Notes: generated by a model not told the origin, from the sequence alone. Counted from the stretch's first letter, positions 37,701-49,980 are shown. The stretch: 64,000 bases of DNA from Octopus vulgaris (GCA_951406725.2 OX597816.1:136028001-136092000); one strand, 5' to 3'. Translations and numbers: made by a program.

Positions 37701-40700
37701 CTTCTAAAGAAACACTCTCATTCGTTCCAGATAGACACACTTTCCAACTGCTTTACAAATTATACAGCATACTCTGTGAAATACACGAAATGTTACAAAC
37801 TTTACATAGCCAGTACAGTGCATCTGGTACATATACATGTATATAAACTTGAAGAACATATTAATATGAAAATTTTGCCTGTTAAAAGGCTTTTACAATA
37901 TAAAGAGGATACAGTTACTTTCAGCATTTTCAATTAAACAACAACACTTTCACATTAAAAGAAGCTTTTCTCTTCTCATTAAGCACTTAACAATTACAAA
38001 ACAAGTGCCATAAGGAGTTTCTTGACAATCACAATTTAATTGACTGATATGACATCACACTCTTTCCATTACTCTGCATATTACAATAATTTGGGTATTG
38101 TTTTAAAATTTTTAGTTCACAATTAGAGTCTGTGAAAGCTAAAATAATGAATAATTTCTCTTTATACTGCCGAGTTGTTTATCATAATTGTCTTTTACTT
38201 ATATGACAATGTTTCAATTCATGCTATTCTATAAGTTTTACATGAGCATTTAAGTGAACTACACTACTTAAAGTGTTTTTGGAGGGAGGGTTTCTTCTTT
38301 TTTTGGCAATATGAAGCCTAAAGGTGTGAAAAAGTTCACAAATATCTGTCATGTGCAAGGATATAAATTACAGATTAGGCCTTCACCAATATAATTTGTG
38401 TTCTAATATGCTTGTGGAAAATTAACTAGAAAAATATAATTAAATATAAAGAGATTGTAATTACAACTTCCAAATTGAATTTTAGCATACACCCAGCATT
38501 TTGTGAAGTAGTCACTGTAAGGAAGAGCATCCAGCCATATTAGCCAGGTTAAAATTTAAATGTACAAGCAAGATGTCATTCCTTGGGCCATCTAGAAAAA
38601 CAATAATTCTGAAAAAGAAATAACTCAGATCGTGACAACCTGTCCAATCCATACCAGAAGAGAGGAGTGGGAGGCAGTGGTGGATAATGGTGGTGACAGT
38701 GGTGGTGGTGGTGGTGGTGGCCATTATCAACATCATGAAAGTTGAGATACATTTATCAGCTACCAACATTCTATTTTGGTTTTCTTTGGGGGAAAAAGTC
38801 AGGTATAGGGAAAAAGTCAGGTATGTTAAACAGAAATAAGAAATAATGACCAAGCACTAATGTAGTAGCATACTTGTAGGCATTATTCTATTTTTTATGG
38901 TTCATCAATTTATATAAATAGAAAAAAAAATAAGTGAAATTTTTTAACAGAAGAATCAAGATTTTACCTAGTTTTGTGCATGTTGTAATTTTAGACAATC
39001 ATGTGACTGATTGTCTTGATTGCTGTTATTTGCCTGCAGTGCAACTGCGCAGAGTTCTGTTCTGTTTACAAGCACAACATGTTCAGTGTTAGTCTTTAGT
39101 TAGTCAAGACTGTAGAAACTCGCTGCATAAAACTGTTATTGTGTTGAAGTTTAGTTTTGTTTACTATTTAACAATCTTTGTTAGTATTGTAGATTACTGT
39201 ATTTTTAGTTGATTAAAACCTTTTAAACTTAGATATTCCAGTTTGGGTTTATAACAGAGTACATAAAGGATAAACTGCAATAACCAGCCAGTTTCAATAA
39301 TTTTCATTATTCCAAAATGGGTTTAAGTTAAATTCTATTTATGGCAAGCATGAGCTTCTCTATCAATATAACAATATTGATTTTTATTTAAATTCAATTA
39401 TTAAAACTTCAAAGAGAGTGTCAGTGTGGTTGAAGACAACAGACATGAATCTTCCAGAAATAAAGTAAATATTTTATCTTTGTATGAAAATTAATAAAAT
39501 TTAGTTCAATGTATATCACCTACCTGAATGTCTCAAACCTAAACAATATACATTTGGGTATCATGCTAAGTTCATTTGTTTAATATTACTCAAACTTTAG
39601 CACATCAGGCAAAGCACTTAGCAGCATTCTGTCCGTCTTTACAGTGTGAGTTCAAATTCTGCTGAGATTGACTTTGCCTTTCATCTTTTCAAGGTTGATA
39701 AAATAAGTATCAGTTCAGCACTGGGTCAATGTAATTGACTTACCCTTCCCCCAAAACTGCTGGTCTTGTCAAAACATGAATTCAATATTACTCAAACTTA
39801 AGGCATATGATCGATAAGTATCAGACATTCATATCATCTGGATCTGAACACTCCCCAGTTTCATTTACATACAGAATGGAATATTCTTTTCTACTCTAGG
39901 CACGAGGCACGAAATTTTGGGGGAGGGGGCCAGTCGATTAGATCGACCCCATTACGCAACTGGTACTTAATTTATCGACCTCAAAAGGGGGAATGGCAAA
40001 GTCGACCCCAGTGGAATTTGAACTCAGAATGTGAAGAATGATGAAATACTGCTAAGCATTTCACCCGGCATGCTAACGTTTCTCCCAGCTTGCCGCCTTA
40101 TACAGAATGGAATATTATTAACATAGTTTCTTACTTACACTCACCCTGAGCACATATTCAGAAAACCATACACAACTCACTCCTTTCCAAAACTGCCTTC
40201 AAAGCCATGCATCACTTAACTTTTTTTTTTTTTAGTTTTAAGTCTTCCTACACTGCTCAGTACATTGGGTGGCTAGCTTTCTCCACTGGGTTCAGCCAGC
40301 TGCCACTCTTACCTATCCATTCCATATAATGTTGACTATCTTCAGATCATTTTGTAATGTCCACCCTGCCCCTTTTACATCTGCAATCAGGTGGGTCCCA
40401 AGTCATGGCCATTTTCAAGTGCCTTTGATTGACCAGACAGAATTGGTGCTCCACTACAATCTCTTGAAGTGGTCATGATCTCACACTTCTTAGAACTTAC
40501 CAACTGACCAGGATCTTTGAGGCACCTTTGATGGATTACATTTAGATTTATATCAGTCCTTGTTATGCTCCTCCAAGTCTCTTGGGGAGGGGGGGATCAT
40601 GACTTTCTTAATGACATCACATTGATGGCAAAAGGTGATGTGGATCTGCAGGAGTTTACAGCATTGCTGCAGCAGGGTGTGGGGAATATAAGGCTTAGGA

Positions 40701-40713
40701 TCATCACAAGATA

Positions 40714-40857
40714 GAAGTGAAACAGTTTACCTATTTGGGTAGTATTGTGAGTAGCAATGGCAATGTGGAACTAGACATAATCTACAGGATTGGAATGACA
40801 GCAACAGTCTTTAAGCATATGCATTCCATCTAGACAGCATCAAACATCAGCACCATT
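40714..40857 (+). pseudogene. RTE-clade LINE reverse transcriptase fragment
   Basis: EVKQFTYLGSIVSSNGNVELDIIYRIGMTATVFKHMHSI*TASNIST. Confidence 0.8.
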
Positions 40858-40979
40858 GAAAAATTTCATCTATATGACTCCATCATCTAACATAAACAGC
40901 AATAATTTTCCTTATGTATCATTTCACAGCAACAGCTCCGATAAACTCCTCTCATGCAATTTTAGGGTGAGAGAAAATA

Positions 40980-41355
40980 TCAACAAAGAGCACTCAGGGA
41001 GCACAAACTGCTGCCAAGGCAACACCAATATCCTCTCAATGATTAGCCAGAGATAATTTTTAAAATGAGAATATCTGAAATAAACTCAACTACTTTCACA
41101 AAAGATAATACTAAAAATGAACACGATTGCTCTAAAAAATTAAGAAACAAAAAAAAGGAAAAATAATCCAGAATCCTTGTCCAGTACTGGATCAATCCCA
41201 AAATCTAATCAGTTCATGCCAGTCACAAGGCCAAGCATCCCTGAAAGTTTCATCTGAATCCATCCAGTGGTTCTTGAGATATCTTGTACATGGACAAACA
41301 AACAAACAAACACAACTGAAAACAATACTCCACCTTCGCTAAGACAGAGGTAATA
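40980..41355 (-). mobile_element. Second copy of the HINE-like element at 10735-11105
   Basis: Reverse-complement homology along most of its length. Confidence 0.7.
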
Positions 41356-42142
41356 AAATGCATTCAGAACAAACATGAACGTTCTTTTAAAACAAAATAA
41401 TTTTTCAAATGACTCCAAACTAAATCTTCTTGATACCTATTTTCTCTCAAAAACATCAGAACTGTTTAATAAAATTTCATCAACATCCACTACTCACACA
41501 ATACACACACTCACTCTCTCTCACAAACACACACACACACACACACACAAATACACACACACAAATACACACACACACAAATACACACACACACAAGATT
41601 TTAAAAATAAGTACTGGGATCAATTTATTTGAATAAACCTGTCAAGGTGGTGCCCCAGCATGGCCACATCCATAAATATGATAAAAGGACTCATTTGTTG
41701 ACATAAGTTCTTTGCTTTTATCAAGCTGTGCAGTGCACAGCTTGTTTTCCTGATACAATGAAATATCAATTGCTCAAAACCTAAAAACACATGCAACCAG
41801 GATGAACTAAATCAATTCTAGGAAACAAAATAATAAACTTCACAAATAAAATACAGTGGTAATGTGCTAGAAATGAAACCGATGTAAGCAAAATGCAGCA
41901 TAAGAGAGTCAGCTGAGTCATTTGTATAGAAATAAAACTACTTTTGGTTTCTAAAAGGGTAAGTAGCCTGATTACATCTCAATACATCAACAATATCAGC
42001 TAATATTCAAGATATTCGCAGTAAGAGTCTGTTGCATTTGAGAGACTAAATAGCAGATATGAAAAAAAGTGGTTAGTGTACATACATTGATCAGTTAAAT
42101 ATTCACTATTAGCCAGTCTTAATGTTTCATATATATATATAT

Positions 42143-42400
42143 ATCATCATCATCATCATCATCATCGTTTAACGTCCGTTTTCCGCGCTAGCACGGGTTG
42201 GACGGTTCGACCGGGGTCTGGGAAGCCAGGGGCCGCTCCAGGCTCCAGTCTGATTCTGGCAGAGTTTCTACGGCTGGATGCCCTTCCTAACGCCAACCAC
42301 TCCGTGAGTGGATTGGGTGCTTTTTACGTGCCACCTGCACAGGGGCCGGGGGGTCCGGCATCGGTCACGATCGGTTCGAGCTTTTAACGTGCCAGGGACA
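42143..42400 (-). mobile_element. Young (CpG-rich) SINE family C 3' end
   Basis: (CAT)n-cgtttaacgtccgttttccgcgctagc...ggatgcccttcctaacgccaaccac. Confidence 0.8.
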
Positions 42401-42914
42401 CGGGGGCAACGGGATGCGGATAGAGTTGAGTTGGGGGGGGGGGGTCCAGCTGAGAAAGGTTTCACCAGTGAAAAGAGAGGGAGAGATAATAAAGGGGTGC
42501 AGGTAATATAGGGGAGCACCAGTGGGGAAGGTTGGGGGAGGAGGAACGATGGCAGGAAGGGTTGGTGAAGGTTCGTAAGAAATATAAACGTAGGATGTGT
42601 ATATATATATATGGGTAGGTGTGGGGAAGGTTGGGTGGGTAAGGAGGAACGATGGCAGGAAGGGTTGGTGCAGGTTCGTAAGAAATAAAAACGTAGGATA
42701 TTACGAGGCATGGAGGGGACTGGAAGGAGATAGTAGGATTGAGGCAGTGTCAGATTCAAAACAGGAGGAAGCGTAAGATCAGAGGGCGGTTGATGAGCTG
42801 AGACGCTAGCAGCTTGTCTTTTCTCAGTGAAAGCATATGAGGAGAAGGGGTAGGAAGGGGTGGTGGGGGAGGAGGAGGGAGTATCCGGTGTAGATGGTGA
42901 GAACAGTGTTCACC

Positions 42915-43280
42915 GGTATTGGTGGTATTGGCGGTGGGGGGGGGTATTGGTGGTGGTGGGGGGGTATTGGTGGTGGTGGGGGTATTGGTGGTGGGGGTGG
43001 TATTGGTGGTGGGGGTGGTATTGGTGGTGGGGGTGGTATTGGTGGTGGGGGTGGTATTGGTGGTGGGGGTGGTATTGGTGGTGGGGGTGGTATTGGCGGT
43101 GGGGGTGGTATTGGTGGTGGGGGTGGTATTGGTGGTGGGGGTGGTATTGGTGGTGGGGGTGGGGGTGGTGGTGGTGGTGGTGGGGGTGGGGGTGGTATTG
43201 GTGGTGGTGGTGGTGGTGGTGGTGGTGGTGGTGGTGGTGGTGGTGGTGGTGGTGGGGTGGTGGTGGTGGTGGTGGGGGTG
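42915..43280. repeat. G-rich 18-bp minisatellite (GGTGGTATTGGTGGTGGG) grading into (GGT)n
   Basis: About 12 near-perfect units followed by GGT triplets; source of the low-complexity ORFs. Confidence 0.95.
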
Positions 43281-43292
43281 GGAGGGCGGGCG

Positions 43293-43745
43293 CACCGCGC
43301 AATGGGAGAAGATGAGATTTTTAGGCGGCAGAAAGAAAGACAGGATTTGAGATGGAATGCTTTGCGATCGTGTGCATAAGTTTCTATGAGTGGAAGTTGG
43401 GAAAAGATGGGTTAGAGAATTTAGCGACAGAAAGAAAGACCAAATTTGAGACGAGATGTTTTTGCGAAGTTTTTGTGAATGAAAGTTTATATGCTTCAGC
43501 TAGCATTTGAGACGAAAGACAACGATAACGCCAATATATGGGGAAACAATAATAATAAGAAGGCTTGATGGTGATGATGATACTTGCAAAAACAATGAAA
43601 AGAAGGAACAGGACTTAGCTGATATTTTTCATCCTGCGTATTGGCTAAGCCTGTGGAAGCGAGTGAAGGCGAGATATATATACAGAGAGAGAGAGAGACA
43701 GTGATAACAGAGGGAGAAACCGACACCACATAGCGAGAGAGAGAG

Positions 43746-43780
<35 letters not shown>

Positions 43781-44062
43781 GTGATAACAGAGGGACAAAA
43801 CGACACCGCGCAATGGGAGAAGATGAGATTTTTAGGCGGCAGAAAGAAAGACAGGATTTGAGATGGAATGCTTTGCGATCGTGTGCATAAGTTTCTATGA
43901 GTGGAAGTTGGGAAAAGATGGGTTAGAGAATTTAGCGACAGAAAGAAAGACCAAATTTGAGACGAGATGTTTTTGCGAAGTTTTAGTGAATGAAAGTTTA
44001 TATGCTTCAGCTAGCATTTGAGACGAAAGACAACGATAACGCCAATATATGGGGAAACAATA

Positions 44063-44064
<2 letters not shown>
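43293..44064. repeat. Near-identical direct duplication of a 260-bp block (period about 512 bp)
   Basis: caccgcgcaatgggagaag...ggggaaacaataata at 43293-43556 and 43805-44064; one difference noticed. Confidence 0.9.
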
Positions 44065-44121
<57 letters not shown>

Positions 44122-44371
44122 TACATATACATATATACATATATATATACATACATATATATATACATATACATATACATATATACATATATACATATAC
44201 ATATATACATATACATATATACATATATACATATACATATACATATATACATATACATATATATATATATACATATATATATACATATACATACATACAT
44301 ATATACACATATATATATACATACATATATTTATATACACATACATAGATGCATACATTTATATATACATA

Positions 44372-44404
<33 letters not shown>

Positions 44405-44640
44405 GTATATATATACATACATATACATACATATGTATATATATACATACATATATACATACATACACACACACACATATATATATATATACACACGCAT
44501 ACATATATATATACATACACACAAACACATATATATACATACATACACTCACACACACATATATACATACATACACACACACATATATTTATATACACAT
44601 GCATATATATACATACATACACACATACACACACATATAT
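44062..44640. repeat. Long compound (TA)n/(TACA)n microsatellite
   Basis: Direct inspection. Confidence 0.97.
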
Positions 44641-46057
44641 TGTCATAATTATATGAAACATTTAGCATACTGATGCTTCTGAAAGTTTAAAAAAATTGCC
44701 GAAGAGTATATATAGTAATCTCCAGAGTATTCCTGGCTTTAGAAGTAGCTGTTTCAAATGAATTTGACATTTATAAGAAACATTATGATTATCTGGAAAA
44801 CTAGAATCTTATATATTATTAATAGAAGCTAAATAGAAGCAACCAAGGTTTGTCAGTGATACACAATTGTTATTCGATTTCGTTAGCTCAGTTCTCAATA
44901 AATCCTGCAGGGCTTACTGTGATATGAAGGAAAATGCAAAAATATTTTTAAAAATTAAAACATGAATTAAAAAGGCTAAGTAACCCACGATAAATGTAAA
45001 GACAGCTACGTTTACTCAGCAGGTGTAAACTATTTTTGATAAAGCTATTGTTTTTGCTGCCCTATAGAATATATTGCTGCCACTGAAGCTGGTACAGTTG
45101 ATGCAGGTGGTGCTTCATTTACTTTTTAGTTCAACTATTCATAAACCAGGATTGAGTCACACCCTTAATATCTTTTCCATTTCAAGAAGAAGCATTTTCA
45201 AGATTAATAAAATAAATTTTTTTTTAAATCAATACTTTTTTTCTATCAATTATATTATAAACAAGTTTGCACATTCTTGCTTTTAAAAATCTAATCTAAA
45301 ACTAAAAGCTTTATATTATTCTAAGAGGGATGGACATTTATCTAGTTCCACAAATCTGTCTAGGATAGGTGGAGTGGGATGTTTCTAGAATTAACAAATA
45401 GCCTGAATTGTAAGTGTTCCTAAAGAATAAATATACTTTTTTTGAGGAAGTAGTGAGTAAATTGTTGAGTGTTAGCAAGAAGAGAAGCAAGTATATAAAA
45501 TACAATTAAACATATGTACAGAATAATTAAGTAGTATAGAGAAAGTAGGAGTAATATGGGATAAGCGTAGGTGATATGAAATAAGTAGGAGTAATGCAAA
45601 GTAGAAGCAATGTGGAGTAAGTAGGAGTAATAGACAGTATGGTAAATATAGTGTATGGCTGAAATGGAATAAGTATGGTTGGCATCTAGTTTTCAATGTT
45701 CAACAGATTTACAACTAAAAGTTTTCTAGTCTTGGCCATCCCACTGTTGTGTATATCATTTATCTCTTATTTTTACTTGTTTCAGTCATTAGACTGTAGC
45801 CATGGTGGGGCACTACCTCGAAGAGCTTTTACTTGAACAAATCAACCCTGGGACATATTTCTTTTTTAAAGCTTAGTGCTTATTCTATCAGTCTCTTTCA
45901 CTGAACTGCTAAGTTACAGGGACGTAAACACACCAACACTAAATTTTCAAGTTGTGGTGGGGACAAACATAGACACAAAGAAACACAGATATACATATAT
46001 ATATGATGATGATGATATATATATATATATATATGATGATGATGATGATGATGATGA

Positions 46058-46096
<39 letters not shown>

Positions 46097-46099
<3 letters not shown>

Positions 46100-46490
46100 T
46101 AGTATCGCCCGGCGTTGCTCGGGTTTGTAAGGGAAATAATTATATAAGCATTTTTAGAGATGTAAAGTATAATAGCCATCTCAATATGGCTAACCACAAA
46201 GGGGGAGGGGTGTTACTGTAGCTTTTTACGTTCTGAGATTTAATAATAAATTTTAGAGAGTTACTTCCCTTATATATGTCAAAAATGGATTAAAAATGGG
46301 AAAAATTGATGGTAATTTTTTTTTTAAATCGTAGACTCATCGTAGACGCGCGCTAATACCCAGACGGTCTCGATATGAATCACGACTATAAGATACCCGG
46401 TTTTGGTTAAACTGCACCGCAAAATGTGGGAGTAGTTAGGAATCTAAATCGTAGGAGACAGACACACAACCTCACTTTTATATATAAAGA
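46097..46490 (-). mobile_element. Non-autonomous Helitron
   Basis: Minus-strand 5' end TCTTTATATATAAAA and 3' GC hairpin CCCGAGCAACGCCGGG about 10 nt from the end. Confidence 0.75.
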
Positions 46491-46553
46491 TTTCCTCTAT
46501 TTACATAATATTGAGGTCTCTTTCTTTCTTTTGTTATCTTACTGTTTTTAACA

Positions 46554-46593
<40 letters not shown>

Positions 46594-46925
46594 GTATAAA
46601 TAGTTACAGAGATGTACTTGCATAGCAAGTGACTTGATCTGAGATCGTGTGCTGGAACGAAAACAGTTGCAGCGTTGAAGGTGTTTATAAGCCATTTAAG
46701 AAACACACAAAAACCGTTAGATTCACTTCAACATTTAAATTTAATTTATCAAAATATTTTCGTCGCTTTGAGACCGCGACCTGTTAGCACGATATTTTTG
46801 TCAGTGAACAGGTCGCGGTCTCAAAGCGACGAAAATATTTTGGCAAATGAAATTTAAATGTTGAAGTGAATGTAACGGTTTTTGTGTGTTTCTTAAATGG
46901 CTTACAAACACCTTCCACGCTGCAA
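46594..46925. mobile_element. Foldback element with variant hammerhead
   Basis: About 119-bp inverted arms at 46667-46785 and 46807-46925; HHR-like motif at 46797-46847(+). Confidence 0.8.
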
Positions 46926-47266
46926 TATATATATACACACATATATATATATGTATGTATGCATGTATGTGTGTGTGTGTGCGTATCTGTGCTTGTGATT
47001 GTCCTCCACCACTGCTTGACAACGAATGTTGGTTTGTTTACATCCCTGTCACCTAGTGGTTTGACAAAGGAAACAGATAGAATAAGTACAATGCTTACAA
47101 AAATAAAACTGGAGTTGATTCATTAAACTACAATTCTTCAAGGCATTGCCCCAGCATGGCCACAGACCAATGGCTGGAAAAAGCAGAAGAATAAAAGAAT
47201 ACATTCTCTGCTTTGGTCTTATGTTCAAGGCATAAGAAAGCTTGAGTTTACATGAGAAGGCCTAAC

Positions 47267-47625
47267 AGACCTGGTAGAAACAGCAGCCAAATCTCCCTCA
47301 AATCACACCTTACTGTCTTATGTATGTATATAATGAGGGGGACCTCTACATGGTAGCTAGACCTGGTAGAAATAGCAGCCAAATTTCCACCAAATCACAC
47401 CTTACTGTCTTATCTATGTATATATGTATGTATGAGCCTATGAGGGAGACCCCTACATGGCAGCTAGACCTGGTAGAAATAGCAGCCAAATTTCCCCCAA
47501 ATCACACCTTACTGTCTTATCTATGTATATATGTATGAGCCTATGAGGGAGACCCCTACATGGCAGCTAGACATGGTAGAAATAGCAGCCAAATCTCCCT
47601 CAAATCACACCTTACTGTCTTATCT
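47267..47625 (+). repeat. Four tandem 92-107-bp units derived from a dispersed repeat
   Basis: agacctggtagaaatagcagccaaat...aaatcacaccttactgtcttat four times; related dispersed copies at about 2110-2310, 16668-16880 and 57465-57540. Confidence 0.9.
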
Positions 47626-47629
47626 TTCT

Positions 47630-47713
47630 GCTACTTATATTCGTCGTAAAAACTTTCCTGTCACACACTCACGCACACGCACACACACACACACGCGCGC
47701 GCGCGCACCCTCA

Positions 47714-47750
<37 letters not shown>

Positions 47751-48129
47751 TCACACACACGCACGTTAGCTTACAATTTTATTTATATATTTGCGTGTCT
47801 GTGTTGAAAGAGGAAGTGGGAGGCAGAGTGAAAGAATCACTCACTACAGTAAGTAAATTACTTTCATTTTATTCGCTGCCCACTGTGTGTGTGCGTTTGC
47901 GTGTGGTGTAAACCAGACTAAGAAAAGCATTTGACATACACACCAGAATGTGAGTTTTCTGTAAATTTTGCTTAATTGGAGTTTAAATTTTAAAAACTGG
48001 ACCTGGCATGACGCGATACATTGTACTCTTAAAATTGCTAGGTAAATTGTAATTGAAGAAATCCTATATTGTAGATTTGTATAACTCCCAAAGGGAGGCA
48101 GATAAAATCTGCCTTTTATAATAAGAGAT
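47630..48129 (-). mobile_element. Probable Helitron 5' fragment
   Basis: Minus-strand start TCTCTTATTATAAAAGGCAG; CpG-rich interior; no clear 3' hairpin. Confidence 0.45.
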
Positions 48130-48170
48130 ATATGATGATGATATATATCTATATATATATATATATATAT

Positions 48171-48384
48171 ATAAAACTTATAAATAAGGGCAAAAGAAAA
48201 AAAATCCCAATCCTAAATATGATGATAATAGACACTAAATTGTCAATAACCACATATAATTCATCACTATAAGCACACGTCCCGAAGTGATGAATTATAT
48301 GTGGTTATTAACGATTTAAAGTCTATTCTCGGCATATTTGGCATTGGAATTTTTTCTTTTGCCCTTATTTATAAGTTGTTTATA
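48171..48384. repeat. Foldback (about 95-bp arms); single-arm relative at 49495-49612
   Basis: aacttataaataagggcaaaagaaaa...ccacatataattcatcact pairs with agtgatgaattatatgtgg...ttttcttttgcccttatttataagtt. Confidence 0.85.
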
Positions 48385-48457
48385 AATTTTCACCTTAAAA
48401 GGTATTTTTTAATATGCTGGTCACTGATAAAAAAATTTTGAAAATTTTATCCTATAT

Positions 48458-48490
<33 letters not shown>

Positions 48491-48494
<4 letters not shown>

Positions 48495-49060
48495 TCATCA
48501 TCATCGTTTAACGTCCGCTTTCCATGCTAGCATGGGTTGGACGGTTCAACTGGGGTCTGGCAAGCCCGAAGGCTGCACCAGGCCAGTCAGATCTGGCAGT
48601 GTTTCTACAGCTGGATGCCCTTCCTAACGCCAACCACTCCGAGAGTGTAGTGGGTGATTTTATGTGCCACCGACACAGATGCCAGACGAGGCTGGCAGAC
48701 GGCCACGCTCGGATGGTGTTTTTTATGTGCCACCGACACAGGTGCCAGACGAGGCTGGCAGACGGCCACGCTCGGATGGTGTTTTTTATGTGCCACCGAC
48801 ACAGGTGCCAGACGAGGCTGGCAGACGGCCACGCTCGGATGGTGTTTTTTATGTGCCACCGACACAGGTGCCAGACGAGGCTGGCAGACGGCCACGCTCG
48901 GATGGTGTTTTCTTATGTGTCACCGGCAAAGGTGCCAGACGAGGCTGGCGAACGGCCACGCTCGGATGGTGTTTGTTACGTGCCCTCAGCACGGAGGCCA
49001 GTCGATGCGGTACTGGCTACGGTCACGTTCAGACGGTTTTCTTATGTGCCACCGGCACTG
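48491..49060 (-). mobile_element. Young SINE family C containing a 63-bp tandem array (about 5 units, 48660-48975)
   Basis: gtg(c/t)cacc starts at 48664, 48727, 48790, 48853 and 48917; (CAT)n tail at 48491. Confidence 0.9.
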
Positions 49061-49062
49061 CC

Positions 49063-49440
49063 AAACAAGAAAGCACAAAAAAACACAATAACGCAAGGAC
49101 GTGAAACAAATATAGTATTATTGGACGCTCAGGAAAGAAGGAGGGTTTAACGTTTCAAGCGGAGCTCTTCGTCGGAAACATAGGAGAAGGAAAGATCCAA
49201 AGAAGGGAAGACAGAAGGAAAAAAATCGCCAACAGTACACACGAGGTCACGTTCAAAATGTAACCATATGTGAATCATTGGCAATTTTCTTCCTCCGTCT
49301 TCCTTTCTCTTGGACTTCCCTCTGTTTCTGTAGAGTGTTGCTCGAAACATTAAACCATCTTTCTTTCCTTCCCTGAGTGTCTGCTAATACTTTACATGTA
49401 CCATGTCATCGCGTCGTTGTTTTTTTTGTTTGTTGTTCTT
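49063..49440. mobile_element. Diverged foldback element with a hammerhead motif in each arm
   Basis: Inverted arms around about 49255. Minus strand GTTT-CCGACGA-A-GAGC(tcc)GCTT-GAAACGTT-AAAC at 49145-49179; degenerate plus-strand copy at about 49324-49356. Confidence 0.7.
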
Positions 49441-49453
49441 CTTTTTGGGGATT

Positions 49454-49498
<45 letters not shown>

Positions 49499-49666
49499 TA
49501 AACAACTTATAAACAAGGGCAATAGAAAAATTATTTCAGTGCCAATATGCTGAGAACAGACTTTAAATCGTCAATTTCCACATTTATAATATACATTCAC
49601 TATAGATACACGTTGTGCTGAAATCGAGGAAAGCAAGCTAACAGAATTTTTTAAAAAAGTTCCTTA

Positions 49667-49725
49667 TTTCTATATTGAATCAATTTCGGGATTAATCCTA
49701 TGGATTTTTCCCTCTTCAGTAGAAA
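49667..49725 (-). ncRNA. Type I hammerhead ribozyme motif with intact core
   Basis: TTTCTA-CTGAAGA-GGGA(aaAATCCataGGATTaa)TCCC-GAAA-TTGatTCAA-T-A-TAGAAA: all three stems pair. Confidence 0.75.
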
Positions 49726-49897
49726 ATACAATGAGAAATAAATGAAATACTTACACGCACCCATGGAAAAAAGCAAAAGTCATGAGTACACATAAGTACC
49801 CCAGTTATATCTAAATGTAAAATCCTTTAGCCAGCCTCAGCACACGTGTGAACTATTCTGAACCACAACTTATAGTGGTTACTTAGGGACTGGTAAC

Positions 49898-49980
<83 letters not shown>

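Noticed and set aside
42756-44673. Long ORFs rich in G/W/V/H/T or Y/I/H/M
   Set aside because: They are translations of the GGT minisatellite and TA/TACA microsatellites; there is no splice or homology support.
48524-49150. 208-aa repetitive ORF, or a CRISPR-like array
   Set aside because: 63-bp tandem units with no unique spacers, inside a SINE in eukaryotic DNA; the frame stays open only because 63 is a multiple of 3.
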